Shown here: piece after piece, positions 17,878-27,388 of the stretch
Numbering within the stretch: the stretch's first letter is position 1
Layout: the number at the start of each line of letters is the position of its first letter
Source: Campylobacterales bacterium
GTDB lineage: Bacteria; Campylobacterota; Campylobacteria; Campylobacterales; Hydrogenimonadaceae
Reading direction: 5' to 3'
Length of the DNA: 39,055 nucleotides
Assembly: GCA_027065635.1 (NCBI GenBank)
Contig: JAMONQ010000090.1
Coordinates: 1-39,055 of the forward strand
Notes under the pieces: model-generated
Database searches by the model: none
What the model saw: only the letters and a program-made list of their open reading frames with translations
Told to the model about the DNA's origin: nothing
Translations under genes and position numbers: made by a program

Positions 17878-20859
17878 ATGGCGTTCGAAGCCGCACTTTA
17901 TGACTATTTCGAAGAGGGTAACAGACCAGATATAGTTTTATGTGAAAACGACAAAGAGGCGTCGAGTGCCGCGACGGTAGCGGCGCTTCACGGTATCGAG
18001 TGTACGACTCTTCCGGATTTCAGAGCCGTGTTCGGTGAAGATCTAAGAAGTTGGCGCGAAGAGATTTTTGCACTGAATACAGCTTTGCAAGAGTATTATC
18101 GCTCTAAAAAAAAGAGGCTTCTGATAGCCCCTTTTCATACGCTTTTATATCCGCTCCCAAGAAGCGAACTGGTAGAAAGAATGCGACTTTCATTTGCCGA
18201 TGAGGTCGATCTCGAGGCTCTGAAAGAGAGGCTTTTTGCATGGGGATACAGTTTCGTGGATGTAGTGGAGGCCAAAGGAGAGGTCTCCGTAAGGGGAGAT
18301 ATAATCGATATATACTCCCCGGCGAGCGAAAAGCCTTGGCGTATAAGCCTCTTCGATACGGAGATAGAGAATATAAGAACTTTCGAAATCGAGAGCCAGA
18401 AGTCCAACAGAGAGGAGGAGATCGAAACGATAGAGATCTCGCCCGCTCTTTATTCACTCACAAAAGAGCAGTACGAGGCACTCTCTAAGCGTATCGAAAG
18501 AAGCGATTGCGACGTTTTTGTAAAGGATGCAGCCTCTTTGGGGTTTTGGTACCTTGATGACCTTGCCTGCGACCTGATGGCGGACAAAAAGGCTGTGACG
18601 GTAAAAGATTTGCAGGAGGAGATAGCTTTTGCCTATGAACATGCGCCAAAAGCGCTGCCGAAAGCGCGTTTTGAACTTCCATCCCTTCCAAAGAGCGGCA
18701 AAAGCAGAAGTATCGAGCCGATCAATGTCGATATATTGACACAAAACTATCCGGAGCGCGAACTGGTTATCGTCGCAGCGAGTGAAGCGCTGGTAAGGCG
18801 CAGTCCGATAAAGGATATAGCCAGGGCGCGTATCGTCAAAGCGGATGGGATCGTAAATCTGCTGACACCGGAGAAGATCATCGTTTCGCTGAACAAGCCG
18901 TTCAGGAAACGGGCGGTAAAACGTCCTGCGATAATGCTGGACGATCTGAAGCCCGGAGATTATGTGGTGCATGAAACATATGGAGTAGGTATCTTCAAGG
19001 GTATCGAACCGCACCGGGTTCTTGGTGCGGTAAGAGACTTTGTCCATATTGTGTACCAGAACGACGATACCCTGCTGCTTCCGGTGGAGAACCTCGATAC
19101 GATAGACAGGTATATCGCCGAAGGCGGATCTTTGCCCGTTCTCGACAGGCTCGGCAAGGGGAGCTTCGGTAGGCTGAAGGCGAAGGTCAAGGAGCGGCTT
19201 TTTGCCATCGCCGGAGAGATCGTCAATATGTCGGCAAAACGCATGCTCCTCAAGGGTGCCGTTATCGATACGCATATACCGGAGCTCGTAGCGTTCAAAG
19301 AGGCGGCCGGTTTCGAGTATACTCAAGATCAGGTACGGGCGGTCGAGGAGATTTTTACGGATCTTGGCAGCGGCAGGGTGATGGACAGGCTTCTAAGCGG
19401 CGATGTGGGGTTTGGCAAGACCGAGGTGGCTATGAATGCTATTCTTGCGGTCGTCAAATCCGGATACCAGTGTGCGTTCGTCGTTCCGACGACGCTTCTT
19501 AGCGCCCAGCACTTCAAGAGTGTGAGCGAAAGGTTGACACCTTTTGGAGTGAGTGTGGCGAAGCTTGACCGTTTTACAACAGCCAGGCAGAAAAGAGAGA
19601 TTTTGCAGAGGCTCGAAAACGGAGATCTCGATCTTGTGATCGGAACCCACGCTCTTTTGGGGGCGAAGTTTGAAAAGCTCGGTCTGGTAATTATCGACGA
19701 AGAGCACAAGTTTGGTGTCAAGCAGAAAGAGGCTCTCAAAAAGATGAGCGAAGATGTCCATCTGCTGAGCATGAGCGCCACACCGATCCCCAGAAGCCTC
19801 AATATGGCGCTTAGCAAAATCAAGGGTTACAGCGAATTGCGCACACCGCCGCTGGAGAGAAAAGGGGTGAGGACCTTTGTCAAGAGCTTTGACGAGACGG
19901 TCGTCAAAGAGGCTGTGATGCGTGAACTTCGCCGAGGCGGACAGATCTTTTACGTCTTCAACTCGATAGCTGGAATAGAGAGCAAAAAAGAGGAACTTCT
20001 CCAGATTCTGCCGGATCTGCGCATTCTGGTACTCCACTCCAAGATCTCAGCCGCCGCAACGGAAAAGGAGATGCTCCGCTTTGAAGCGGGCGAGTACGAC
20101 CTGCTTCTAAGTACCTCTATCATAGAGTCCGGTATACATATGCCGCGCGTAAACACTATGATAGTAGACGGAGCCGATCGCTTCGGCATGGCCGACCTTC
20201 ATCAGCTGCGGGGCCGTGTAGGTCGCGGGAAGGTGGAGGGGTACTGCTACTTTCTGGTAGAAAACAAGGATGCGCTTACAGAACAGGCGAAGCGGCGACT
20301 GGTGGCTCTGGAGTCCAACTCCTTCCTGGGTAGCGGTGCAATGCTGGCCTACCACGATCTGGAGATCCGCGGCGGCGGCAACCTGATAGGCGAGAGCCAG
20401 AGCGGTCACATCAAGCAGATCGGGTACGCTCTTTATCTCAGGATGCTCGAAGACGCCATCAGGGAGTTGAGCCGGGAGAGTGCACCGAAACGCAAAAGTG
20501 TCGATATTAAATTGTCTATCACAGCATACCTCTCTGAAGAGTTGATTCCCCACGAGAGGGTGAGGCTGGAGCTTTACAGGCGGCTAAGCGGCTGTGAAGA
20601 TACTCACGATGTCGTGGAGATCGAGCAGGAGATCGAGGATAGGTTCGGAAGGCCCGATCTGCCAACCAGGCAGTTTCTCGATCTGGTTACGATCAAGATA
20701 CTGGCGGTAAAAAGAGGTATAGAGAGAATCAGTAATTACAATGAGAATATCACTATACAGTATAATGAAGAGAAAAAGAGCCACTTCAAAGCCCGCAGCA
20801 GAGATGACGACGATCTCATTTCGGCGGTTTTGGAGTTTTTAAGGAGAGAAAGAGAATGA
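17878..20859 (+). CDS. mfd: Transcription-repair coupling factor
   Basis: RGDIIDIY, GDYVVHETYGVG (RID), GDVGFGKTEVA, DEEHKFG, SATPIPRSL, QLRGRVGR, DLEIRGGGNLIGESQSG, C-terminal TRCF domain. Confidence 0.97.
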   Translation: MAFEAALYDYFEEGNRPDIVLCENDKEASSAATVAALHGIECTTLPDFRAVFGEDLRSWREEIFALNTALQEYYRSKKKRLLIAPFHTLLYPLPRSELVERMRLSFADEVDLEALKERLFAWGYSFVDVVEAKGEVSVRGDIIDIYSPASEKPWRISLFDTEIENIRTFEIESQKSNREEEIETIEISPALYSLTKEQYEALSKRIERSDCDVFVKDAASLGFWYLDDLACDLMADKKAVTVKDLQEEIAFAYEHAPKALPKARFELPSLPKSGKSRSIEPINVDILTQNYPERELVIVAASEALVRRSPIKDIARARIVKADGIVNLLTPEKIIVSLNKPFRKRAVKRPAIMLDDLKPGDYVVHETYGVGIFKGIEPHRVLGAVRDFVHIVYQNDDTLLLPVENLDTIDRYIAEGGSLPVLDRLGKGSFGRLKAKVKERLFAIAGEIVNMSAKRMLLKGAVIDTHIPELVAFKEAAGFEYTQDQVRAVEEIFTDLGSGRVMDRLLSGDVGFGKTEVAMNAILAVVKSGYQCAFVVPTTLLSAQHFKSVSERLTPFGVSVAKLDRFTTARQKREILQRLENGDLDLVIGTHALLGAKFEKLGLVIIDEEHKFGVKQKEALKKMSEDVHLLSMSATPIPRSLNMALSKIKGYSELRTPPLERKGVRTFVKSFDETVVKEAVMRELRRGGQIFYVFNSIAGIESKKEELLQILPDLRILVLHSKISAAATEKEMLRFEAGEYDLLLSTSIIESGIHMPRVNTMIVDGADRFGMADLHQLRGRVGRGKVEGYCYFLVENKDALTEQAKRRLVALESNSFLGSGAMLAYHDLEIRGGGNLIGESQSGHIKQIGYALYLRMLEDAIRELSRESAPKRKSVDIKLSITAYLSEELIPHERVRLELYRRLSGCEDTHDVVEIEQEIEDRFGRPDLPTRQFLDLVTIKILAVKRGIERISNYNENITIQYNEEKKSHFKARSRDDDDLISAVLEFLRRERE

Positions 20860-21251
20860 AAAGCGGTCTATTGCTAATCTTCGGAGCCGTTTTGGTTTTT
20901 GGCGGAGAGTACTACTATATGAACGGTGACAAACGGGTGGAGTTGGAGCCTATTTCACCCTTGGCGGCGAAATACTCGGTTTCTGGATCGGCTCTTTATT
21001 TCAAAAAAGGGGACGGCAAAGAGATCGCCGTTCCGAATAGAGTGATACTAAAGCTCGATTCGCCCGAGAATCTGGATAGTTATCTTCGCAAGTACAATCT
21101 TAAGCTGGTCAAAAAGTTCGATTTCGGCAATATGTATCTTCTGGAAGCCCAAACACCGGAGCTTGCGCTGGAGGCGGCCAACGCTCTTTATGAGGAGAAG
21201 GATGTAGTTTTGGCGCAGCCCGATATCATAAGATCCTGGAGGCTGAGATGA
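20856..21251 (+). CDS. Secreted protein resembling a stand-alone subtilase pro-domain
   Basis: Signal peptide MKSGLLLIFGAVLVFG; VILKL...YLLE...ALEAANALYE..DVVLAQPD resembles the I9-like propeptide ending 'V.yAEP(D/N)'; ATGA overlaps with mfd and the S8 gene. Confidence 0.65.
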   Translation: MKSGLLLIFGAVLVFGGEYYYMNGDKRVELEPISPLAAKYSVSGSALYFKKGDGKEIAVPNRVILKLDSPENLDSYLRKYNLKLVKKFDFGNMYLLEAQTPELALEAANALYEEKDVVLAQPDIIRSWRLR

Positions 21252-22351
21252 GACTCTACATGTACGCTTTGGTAGCAGCCGCCGTTATACTGCTGCAAGG
21301 TTGCGGATCCGATACGGAAGGCTCCTTCGTCTCTACGACCGAACGAAGTGTGGCTCCATACAGTGACAACCCGCTTTATTATCAGCAGTGGTATCTGCAT
21401 CGCGACGACGCGTTTTATGCTACGTACGGAATCGATCCGGATGCCAATATACACCCGTGGCCCACTACGCAGTATACCGGTAGAGGCGTCAAGGTGGTCG
21501 TGATAGACGATGCGCTCGATACGTATCATGAAGATCTTAAGGATGGTATTGTCGCCACTTACGATGTAGAGAGCAGAACCTCCGACGTTTTGCCGAGAAG
21601 CTCCATCGAAAACCACGGCACCGAAGTGACAGGTGTAGTGCTGGCTACCAGCAACACTTTGGGAATAACCGGTATAGCGCCGGGGGCACAGATATATTTT
21701 ATAAGGATTCCGTTTACAAGCGCATTGACCGAGAGTATGATAATCGATGCGTTCCAGCAGGCGAAGGAGTGGGGAGCGGATGTGATCAACTGCAGCTGGG
21801 GAAGCGGCGATGTGAGTGCCGCGGTAGCGGCGGCTATACAGGATGTGGCCGTAAACGGACGCGGCGGTAAGGGGACGATAGTGGTCTTTGCCGCCGGAAA
21901 CGGCGGAGATGACGCGCTTGGCGATCCTATAGGAAACGACGAATCGGGGTTGCCGGAGGTGATAGCGGTCGGAGCTACAAATATATACAACCAACGCACT
22001 CCTTACAGCAACTACGGTCCCGAGCTCGATCTGATGGCTCCGGGAGGGGAGTATATGGGGATAGCTACGCTCGATCGCACGGGAAGCGTAGGAGACGATC
22101 CGGGCAACTACCTCTACTTCAATTCTCCGGGAGCGTTTGGCGGGACTTCGGCATCTGCTCCTATCGTAGCGGGAGCGGCGGCGCTTTTGCTTGAAGCAAA
22201 CGGCGATCTGACGAGAGAGGAGGTCATGAGTCTGCTGCAAAGCCATGCCGACAAGATAGATACGGCGCAGTGCAGTTACGATACCAACGGCCACAGTGAC
22301 TACTGCGGATACGGCAAGATAAACTTGTACAATACGCTGCTTGCTTTATGA
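21248..22351 (+). CDS. S8 family (subtilase) serine peptidase, lipoprotein
   Basis: Lipobox LLQG-C; triad Asp (VVVIDD), His (NHGTEVTG), Ser (GGTSASAPIVAG); oxyanion Asn (FAAGNG); NCSWG; C-terminal GYGKIN. Confidence 0.93.
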   Translation: MRLYMYALVAAAVILLQGCGSDTEGSFVSTTERSVAPYSDNPLYYQQWYLHRDDAFYATYGIDPDANIHPWPTTQYTGRGVKVVVIDDALDTYHEDLKDGIVATYDVESRTSDVLPRSSIENHGTEVTGVVLATSNTLGITGIAPGAQIYFIRIPFTSALTESMIIDAFQQAKEWGADVINCSWGSGDVSAAVAAAIQDVAVNGRGGKGTIVVFAAGNGGDDALGDPIGNDESGLPEVIAVGATNIYNQRTPYSNYGPELDLMAPGGEYMGIATLDRTGSVGDDPGNYLYFNSPGAFGGTSASAPIVAGAAALLLEANGDLTREEVMSLLQSHADKIDTAQCSYDTNGHSDYCGYGKINLYNTLLAL

Positions 22352-22361
22352 GGATTTTGGT

Positions 22362-22865
22362 GTGAGAGAACTTTTTCTATTGAGGCACGCGAAATCGAGC
22401 TGGGACGATCCCGCTCTTAGTGACTTTGAACGACCGTTGAACAGTCGAGGCAAAGAGGATGCCCCGCTTATGGGCGAACATATCGAAAGGCTCGGGATAA
22501 AGCCCGATCTCGTTCTGTCGTCTCCCGCCAAACGGGCCAAAAAGACGGCGAAGATAGTAGCACATAAGCTCGGTTATTCGGAAGAGAGGATCGAGTGGCT
22601 GGATCGGATATATGAAGCGTCGGTGCAGACTCTTCTTTATACTGTATGCCAGCTTCCGAAAGAGGCCAAACGGGTTATGATAGTAGGACACAACCCGGCT
22701 CTTACCATGCTGGCGAATATTCTTGGAGATGTAGCTATCGACAATATCCCCACAGCGGGCATCGTCGGAATCGCGTTCGACAGTTCAGACTGGCATGAAG
22801 CGTGCCGGATGCAGGGACATACGATACTTTTCGACTATCCGAAAAAAGTGAAAGGATTGAGTTGA
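22362..22865 (+). CDS. sixA: SixA-type histidine phosphatase
   Basis: LLRHAKSSW, DFERPL, SSPAKRA, VGHNP; GTG 22362 after GAGGA. Confidence 0.85.
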   Translation: MRELFLLRHAKSSWDDPALSDFERPLNSRGKEDAPLMGEHIERLGIKPDLVLSSPAKRAKKTAKIVAHKLGYSEERIEWLDRIYEASVQTLLYTVCQLPKEAKRVMIVGHNPALTMLANILGDVAIDNIPTAGIVGIAFDSSDWHEACRMQGHTILFDYPKKVKGLS

Positions 22866-23680
22866 GGGTAGGCTTTATAGGCGATATCGTCGGACGCCCC
22901 GGACGCAAGATGATACGGCGCTTTCTTCCTTCGCTCAGGAAGGAAGAGGAGATCGATTTCGTTGTTGCGAATTACGAGAATGCCAGTCACGGTTTCGGAT
23001 TGACGCAAAAGAGTGCGAACGAGCTTTTCGGTGCAGGTATCGATACGATGACCGGCGGAAATCACACATGGGACAAGAAAGAGATCGGCGGCTTGCTTGA
23101 GAGTATGCCGCTGCTAAGGCCTGCAAACTACCCCGAAGGTGTACCTGGAAGCGGTGTAGCGATCTATGAAGTGTGCGGAGAGCGGCTTGCCGTCGTCAAT
23201 ATAATGGGCCATTTCGCGATGCCCATGGTTGACAACCCATTTATAGCGGCCGAGCGGATCGTCGGGGAGCTCGAGGCTGAAGGAGTAGGCAACATTCTGA
23301 TAGATATGCATGCCGAGGCTACGAGCGAGAAGCGGGCTCTTTTGATGATGCTAAGAGAGCGTGTCAGCGCAATTATGGGTACTCATACCCATGTCGGTAC
23401 AGACGATCTGGTAATTGACAGAGGATGCGCCTATGTCACCGATGTAGGATTGACAGGATGCCGCGACAATGTGATCGGTATGGATGCCAGGGTGCCGATA
23501 GAGCGTTTTTTGACCGGTCTTCCGGGACGTTTTGAAGTACCGAACAGCTGCAAGGGTGTGCTGCAGATGATAGTTATGGAGTTTGAAGAGGGGCGGGCAT
23601 CCGAGGCGTATAAAATCAAAGTCTATAGCGAAGGCGAGAAGGAGACGGCTCTCAAAGCGAGAGTGGAGAGCGGGTTATGA
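22862..23680 (+). CDS. TIGR00282/YmdB family metallophosphoesterase
   Basis: FIGDIVGRPG, NYENASHGFG, TGGNHTWD, LRPANYP, DMHAEATSEK, GTHTHV, TDVGLTG; TTG 22862 overlaps the sixA stop. Confidence 0.93.
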   Translation: MRVGFIGDIVGRPGRKMIRRFLPSLRKEEEIDFVVANYENASHGFGLTQKSANELFGAGIDTMTGGNHTWDKKEIGGLLESMPLLRPANYPEGVPGSGVAIYEVCGERLAVVNIMGHFAMPMVDNPFIAAERIVGELEAEGVGNILIDMHAEATSEKRALLMMLRERVSAIMGTHTHVGTDDLVIDRGCAYVTDVGLTGCRDNVIGMDARVPIERFLTGLPGRFEVPNSCKGVLQMIVMEFEEGRASEAYKIKVYSEGEKETALKARVESGL

Positions 23681-23703
23681 GATTATCTGCGGAGTAAAAA
23701 AAG

Positions 23704-24366
23704 ATGGTAGATAGTTACGAGTTGATCGAAGCGTTGAGTGCCCTGAATCTGCCGTTGCGTGATAGAGATCCATGGTGGTGGCCAAACAGCGGCAGCTATG
23801 AAGTCGTAATCGGTGCGATCTTGACACAGAATACGAGATGGGAGAAGGTCGAGAAGGCGCTGCAAAACCTTGGATCTCTCGACGCTCTTACTATGGATGG
23901 GCTCGACAGGATCGATGAAGAGTCGCTCCGTGAAGCTATAAAGCCGGCAGGTTTTTACAATACAAAGGCGAAACGGTTGAAGATTCTAAACCAGGCCATA
24001 GGCGACAAGTTCGGTGATTTCGAGAGTTTTCAGATCGAAGTGGAGCGCGGATGGCTTCTGGGTAAAAAGGGGATAGGAGAGGAGACGGCCGATGCGATTT
24101 TAAACTACGCCTGCTATCGTGAAGCGATGGTCGTAGACTCCTATACCGCCGCTTTGCTTAGATCTTTCGGCTTCGAGTTTGAAAGCTACAGGGAGATTCA
24201 GGCGTGGCTGATAGAGGGACTCAAAATGAACGATACTAAAGTGCGCGCCATTTTTCCAAAAGAGCCGAAAGCGCAAATATACGCACTCTTTCACGGGATG
24301 ATCGTCGAATATTGCAAACGCTACAAGCGGGGCAGGGAGGTCGATATTTCGCCGCTGGCCGGGTAG
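23704..24366 (+). CDS. 3-methyladenine DNA glycosylase (MagIII-like, HhH-GPD family)
   Basis: WWWP, GAILTQNTRWEKV, IKPAGFYNTKA, KGIGEETADAIL (HhH), VVDSY, FHGMIVE. Confidence 0.88.
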   Translation: MVDSYELIEALSALNLPLRDRDPWWWPNSGSYEVVIGAILTQNTRWEKVEKALQNLGSLDALTMDGLDRIDEESLREAIKPAGFYNTKAKRLKILNQAIGDKFGDFESFQIEVERGWLLGKKGIGEETADAILNYACYREAMVVDSYTAALLRSFGFEFESYREIQAWLIEGLKMNDTKVRAIFPKEPKAQIYALFHGMIVEYCKRYKRGREVDISPLAG

Positions 24367-25640
24367 ATGGGGATATTCATGGAGTCTATTCTCTCTATAG
24401 GCAGCGACTTCTTGTCGGCTTCAGGGATTTCCATACCAAGATCGAGTCTGGTAATGACTGCCTTCGCGATGAGGTAGCGGCCGCCATCTTCGGTACGGAT
24501 TCCCCAGATATTGTGCATGACGTAGGCGTTTTTGTTTTTAGTGCCGACATAGAGCATTATATGCCCCGGAAGATGGACCAGGGTAAGAAAAGGGATACCG
24601 TTTTTGATGATCACTCGCTCCTTCTCTCTCTTTGAAAGTCCCTTCAAAGAGATCACTTTTCCTACTTTCGCCTGCGCTTTCGAGTTTCTCGGAAGCCATA
24701 TACCAAACGGTGCGAAGAAGTCGCGGGTCATTGCGGAGCAGTCCCTGTCCTGCGCAACTCCACCCCATCCGTAAGGCTCGCCGAGCAGGCCGCTTGCGAT
24801 GAGTGCGATATTGGTACGATCGAAAGAAAGAGGCATCCTTTTCGCCCATGTGAGCGGTATGAGGCTCTCTTCGAATCTCGCTTGCCGATCGATCTCTTTT
24901 GGAACCAGAATCCGGTAGAAGCCATCCTCCTCTCTGATAAGGGGAAAGAGAGTGGCGGTTTTGGCGTAGAAGAGAAAGTTCTGCTTTCCGTCATAAAGAG
25001 CCGCCCCCTCCTTGACTACCGTAACCATCGGCATCTTCATTATTCTATCTATCTGTTTTTGGGAAACGAAAGCTATATCTTCGATTTTTAGCCACCCGAG
25101 TGCGAAAGGTGTCTGTACAAATGCCCATCCTCCGTCTCGGCTGAGATGTGATACGAGCAGAGGTGTGAATGCCTTGATCGCACTGTTTTGGTTGTAATCG
25201 AAGGGATATCCCTCTCCAGCTGACGAGGGATCGAAAAAGATCGGTCGCTCAGAGGGAAAGAGGCGTAGGTTCGAGGGACGGATCGTAACTGCATGGCGCT
25301 TCATCCTGTTCAAGGCGTCGTAATTTGAATTTTCGATCCATCTTGACCATCTGCTTTTTAAAAGCGGCAGGCGGTTTTCCCCAAAGAGAGTTCTCTTTTC
25401 GTAGTAGCGTATGGCCCATGTAACGGATGAGGAAGCGGTGTCGACTCTGTTCAAAAGCCAGGGCGTATAACGTTTTTGTAAAAAGTCGGCATAGAGGCGC
25501 GAGTGCTCTTTCGGACTCAAGGAAGCTGGATCGTTTTTTAAAAAGGGAGCGAGTTCTTCGGTAGTTAAAGGAGCGGGCTTTTTATATGCACATCCGCCTA
25601 TAAGAAGTGCAAACAGAGCGCAAAGAAGCAGATCTCTCAT
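24321..25640 (-). CDS. NlpC/P60 + SH3 lipoprotein (peptidoglycan peptidase)
   Basis: ATG 25640 overlaps the dnaX stop; lipobox LIGG-C; GEGYPFDYNQNS, PYGWGG..RDCS (catalytic Cys), LPRNS, GHIMLY. Confidence 0.9.
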   Translation of the reverse strand: MRDLLLCALFALLIGGCAYKKPAPLTTEELAPFLKNDPASLSPKEHSRLYADFLQKRYTPWLLNRVDTASSSVTWAIRYYEKRTLFGENRLPLLKSRWSRWIENSNYDALNRMKRHAVTIRPSNLRLFPSERPIFFDPSSAGEGYPFDYNQNSAIKAFTPLLVSHLSRDGGWAFVQTPFALGWLKIEDIAFVSQKQIDRIMKMPMVTVVKEGAALYDGKQNFLFYAKTATLFPLIREEDGFYRILVPKEIDRQARFEESLIPLTWAKRMPLSFDRTNIALIASGLLGEPYGWGGVAQDRDCSAMTRDFFAPFGIWLPRNSKAQAKVGKVISLKGLSKREKERVIIKNGIPFLTLVHLPGHIMLYVGTKNKNAYVMHNIWGIRTEDGGRYLIAKAVITRLDLGMEIPEADKKSLPIERIDSMNIPIYPASGEISTSLPRL

Positions 25641-27337
25641 ACTTTGGATCGGATGACTATCTTTCTGGCACCGAAGAGTTCGACCGCCTTTTGTACCATA
25701 GGGTCGTTTTGTATCTCTTTTGCGTCGAACTCTTTTGACGGTTCGGCTTCGCTGCAGTTTCCTGTAACGCATCCGGCGCTGTTGCACTCGATATCTTCGA
25801 GCATGGAGGAGGTATGAGTTTTGGCATTTGCATCATCTTCGTTTTCTGTAGTGTCTGTTTCGGGCTCCCTTTCGGGAGCCTCACGCTTTGGGGGCGGATT
25901 CTTCGACTTTACGAGAGAGATTTTTGTCTCCAGGCCGAAAATCTCCTGTACGAAGTGCCGGATGATACCGAAGTGGGTTTTTAGCAGCTCCTTCTCCTTG
26001 CCCTCGGCATGGCTGGACCATGAGAGTACTCCGTTCTCGAAATTCACAAACTCTATACTCTCCTCGAAAGCTTTTCCAAGCTCCGCATTACGGTCATAAA
26101 GCCTCTCGATAAGCTTTTTGAAGCGAATCCCGCTATCCGGTGTATATGGGTTTTGGGGCTTGGTGTCGGCTACGTAAAGAGCGGTTTGCTCCGCCTGCTC
26201 ACTGATTGTGTCAGTTTCGGCATCTGGAGCGGTTTCAACTCTCTTTCGAGCCGGTTTGAGAGATGGTGTAACGTTGGCAAGTTCACTCTCAAGCGTCTCT
26301 ATCATCTCGTCGATCTGCTTGATATTGAGAGCTTCCACCATTTTGAAAAGGGTCAGGGCCAGGACAAATTCACCGTCTGCACCGAGCGCGAGAAGAGGTT
26401 TGTTCTCTGCAAGAATCCGGTAGAATCTATCGAGCAGCATCGGAGAGAATCGATGATCCGACGCAAAAAGCCTCTCTTTCAAAAAGAGGCTCATCTCGTC
26501 TATCACCATTTCCGCCTCGTAGTTTTCAAGCTCCTTTAGATAGGCATGTATCTGCGCTTCATCCTTTTTCAGTACGGCATCGAAGAGATTTTCCAGAAAC
26601 TTCGGGTCTATAATGCCGAGCATCTGCGTCACTGTGGATACATCGACATGATTTTTTGAGTAAACGATGGCCTGGTCAAGAAGCGTCAGAGTATCTCTTA
26701 AAGAGCCGCTTCCGCTTCTGGCGAGAATCTCCAGTGCTTCGGGCTCGAAAGCGACCCCTTCGGTATTCAGTATATGTTCGAGATGTTTTACGATAAGATT
26801 TTTTGCGATCTTTTTGAAGCGGAAGTGCTGGGTACGGCTTAAAATCGTGGCCGGAAGTTTCAAAGGATCGGTCGTGGCCAGAATGAACTTTACAAATTCA
26901 GGCGGCTCTTCGAGAGTCTTGAGCAGGGCATTGAAAGCCTCTTTTGTAAGCATGTGGACTTCATCGATTATGAAGACTTTGTATCTTCCTATGGACGGTT
27001 TGTATTTGGTATGCTCTATCAGGTCTCTGATATCGTCGATTTTTCGGCTTGAAGCGGCATCCATTTCGATGATGTCTATATGACGCCCCTCGTTTGCCGT
27101 TGCGCACTGTTCGCAAGTGTCGCACGGTTTGGATGTCGGGCCCTTTTCACACAGCAGCGCCTTTGCGAATATGCGTGCAGTAGAGGTCTTGCCGCTCCCT
27201 CTCAATCCCGAAAAGAGATAGGCGTGGCCGAGACGGTTTTGATCGAGCGCCATCGCCAGTGTCTGTGAGATGGAGTCCTGACCTATAAGATCTTCAAATC
27301 TTTTGGGACGATATTTCAGTGCGAGTGCCTGTGACAA
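25637..27337 (-). CDS. dnaX: DNA polymerase III subunit gamma/tau
   Basis: LALKYRP, HAYLFSGLRGSGKTS, Zn cysteines, IEMDAAS, IIDEVHML, FNALLKTLEEPP. Confidence 0.97.
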   Translation of the reverse strand: MSQALALKYRPKRFEDLIGQDSISQTLAMALDQNRLGHAYLFSGLRGSGKTSTARIFAKALLCEKGPTSKPCDTCEQCATANEGRHIDIIEMDAASSRKIDDIRDLIEHTKYKPSIGRYKVFIIDEVHMLTKEAFNALLKTLEEPPEFVKFILATTDPLKLPATILSRTQHFRFKKIAKNLIVKHLEHILNTEGVAFEPEALEILARSGSGSLRDTLTLLDQAIVYSKNHVDVSTVTQMLGIIDPKFLENLFDAVLKKDEAQIHAYLKELENYEAEMVIDEMSLFLKERLFASDHRFSPMLLDRFYRILAENKPLLALGADGEFVLALTLFKMVEALNIKQIDEMIETLESELANVTPSLKPARKRVETAPDAETDTISEQAEQTALYVADTKPQNPYTPDSGIRFKKLIERLYDRNAELGKAFEESIEFVNFENGVLSWSSHAEGKEKELLKTHFGIIRHFVQEIFGLETKISLVKSKNPPPKREAPEREPETDTTENEDDANAKTHTSSMLEDIECNSAGCVTGNCSEAEPSKEFDAKEIQNDPMVQKAVELFGARKIVIRSKV

Positions 27338-27375
27338 ATCTACCTCTTTCGATATCTTGATAACTTTTGTAGTCT

Positions 27376-27384
27376 ATCTTATCA
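27376..27384 (-). promoter_or_regulatory. Candidate extended -10 promoter for dnaX
   Basis: Minus strand reads TG-a-TAAGAT about 40 bp upstream of the dnaX start; GAGGT RBS. Confidence 0.45.
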
Positions 27385-27388
27385 CGGC

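Noticed and set aside
20856-21251. Frameshifted pseudogene of a single pre-pro-subtilase
   Set aside because: The downstream ORF has its own complete lipoprotein signal peptide and a canonical ATGA overlap.
25641-25787. N-terminal extension of the NlpC/P60 ORF given by the ORF track
   Set aside because: It lies within dnaX; the lipoprotein signal starts at ATG 25640, overlapping the dnaX stop.
25637-27337. Programmed -1 frameshift in dnaX (tau/gamma)
   Set aside because: I did not find an A-AAA-AAG slippery heptamer or a long poly-A run in the coding strand.
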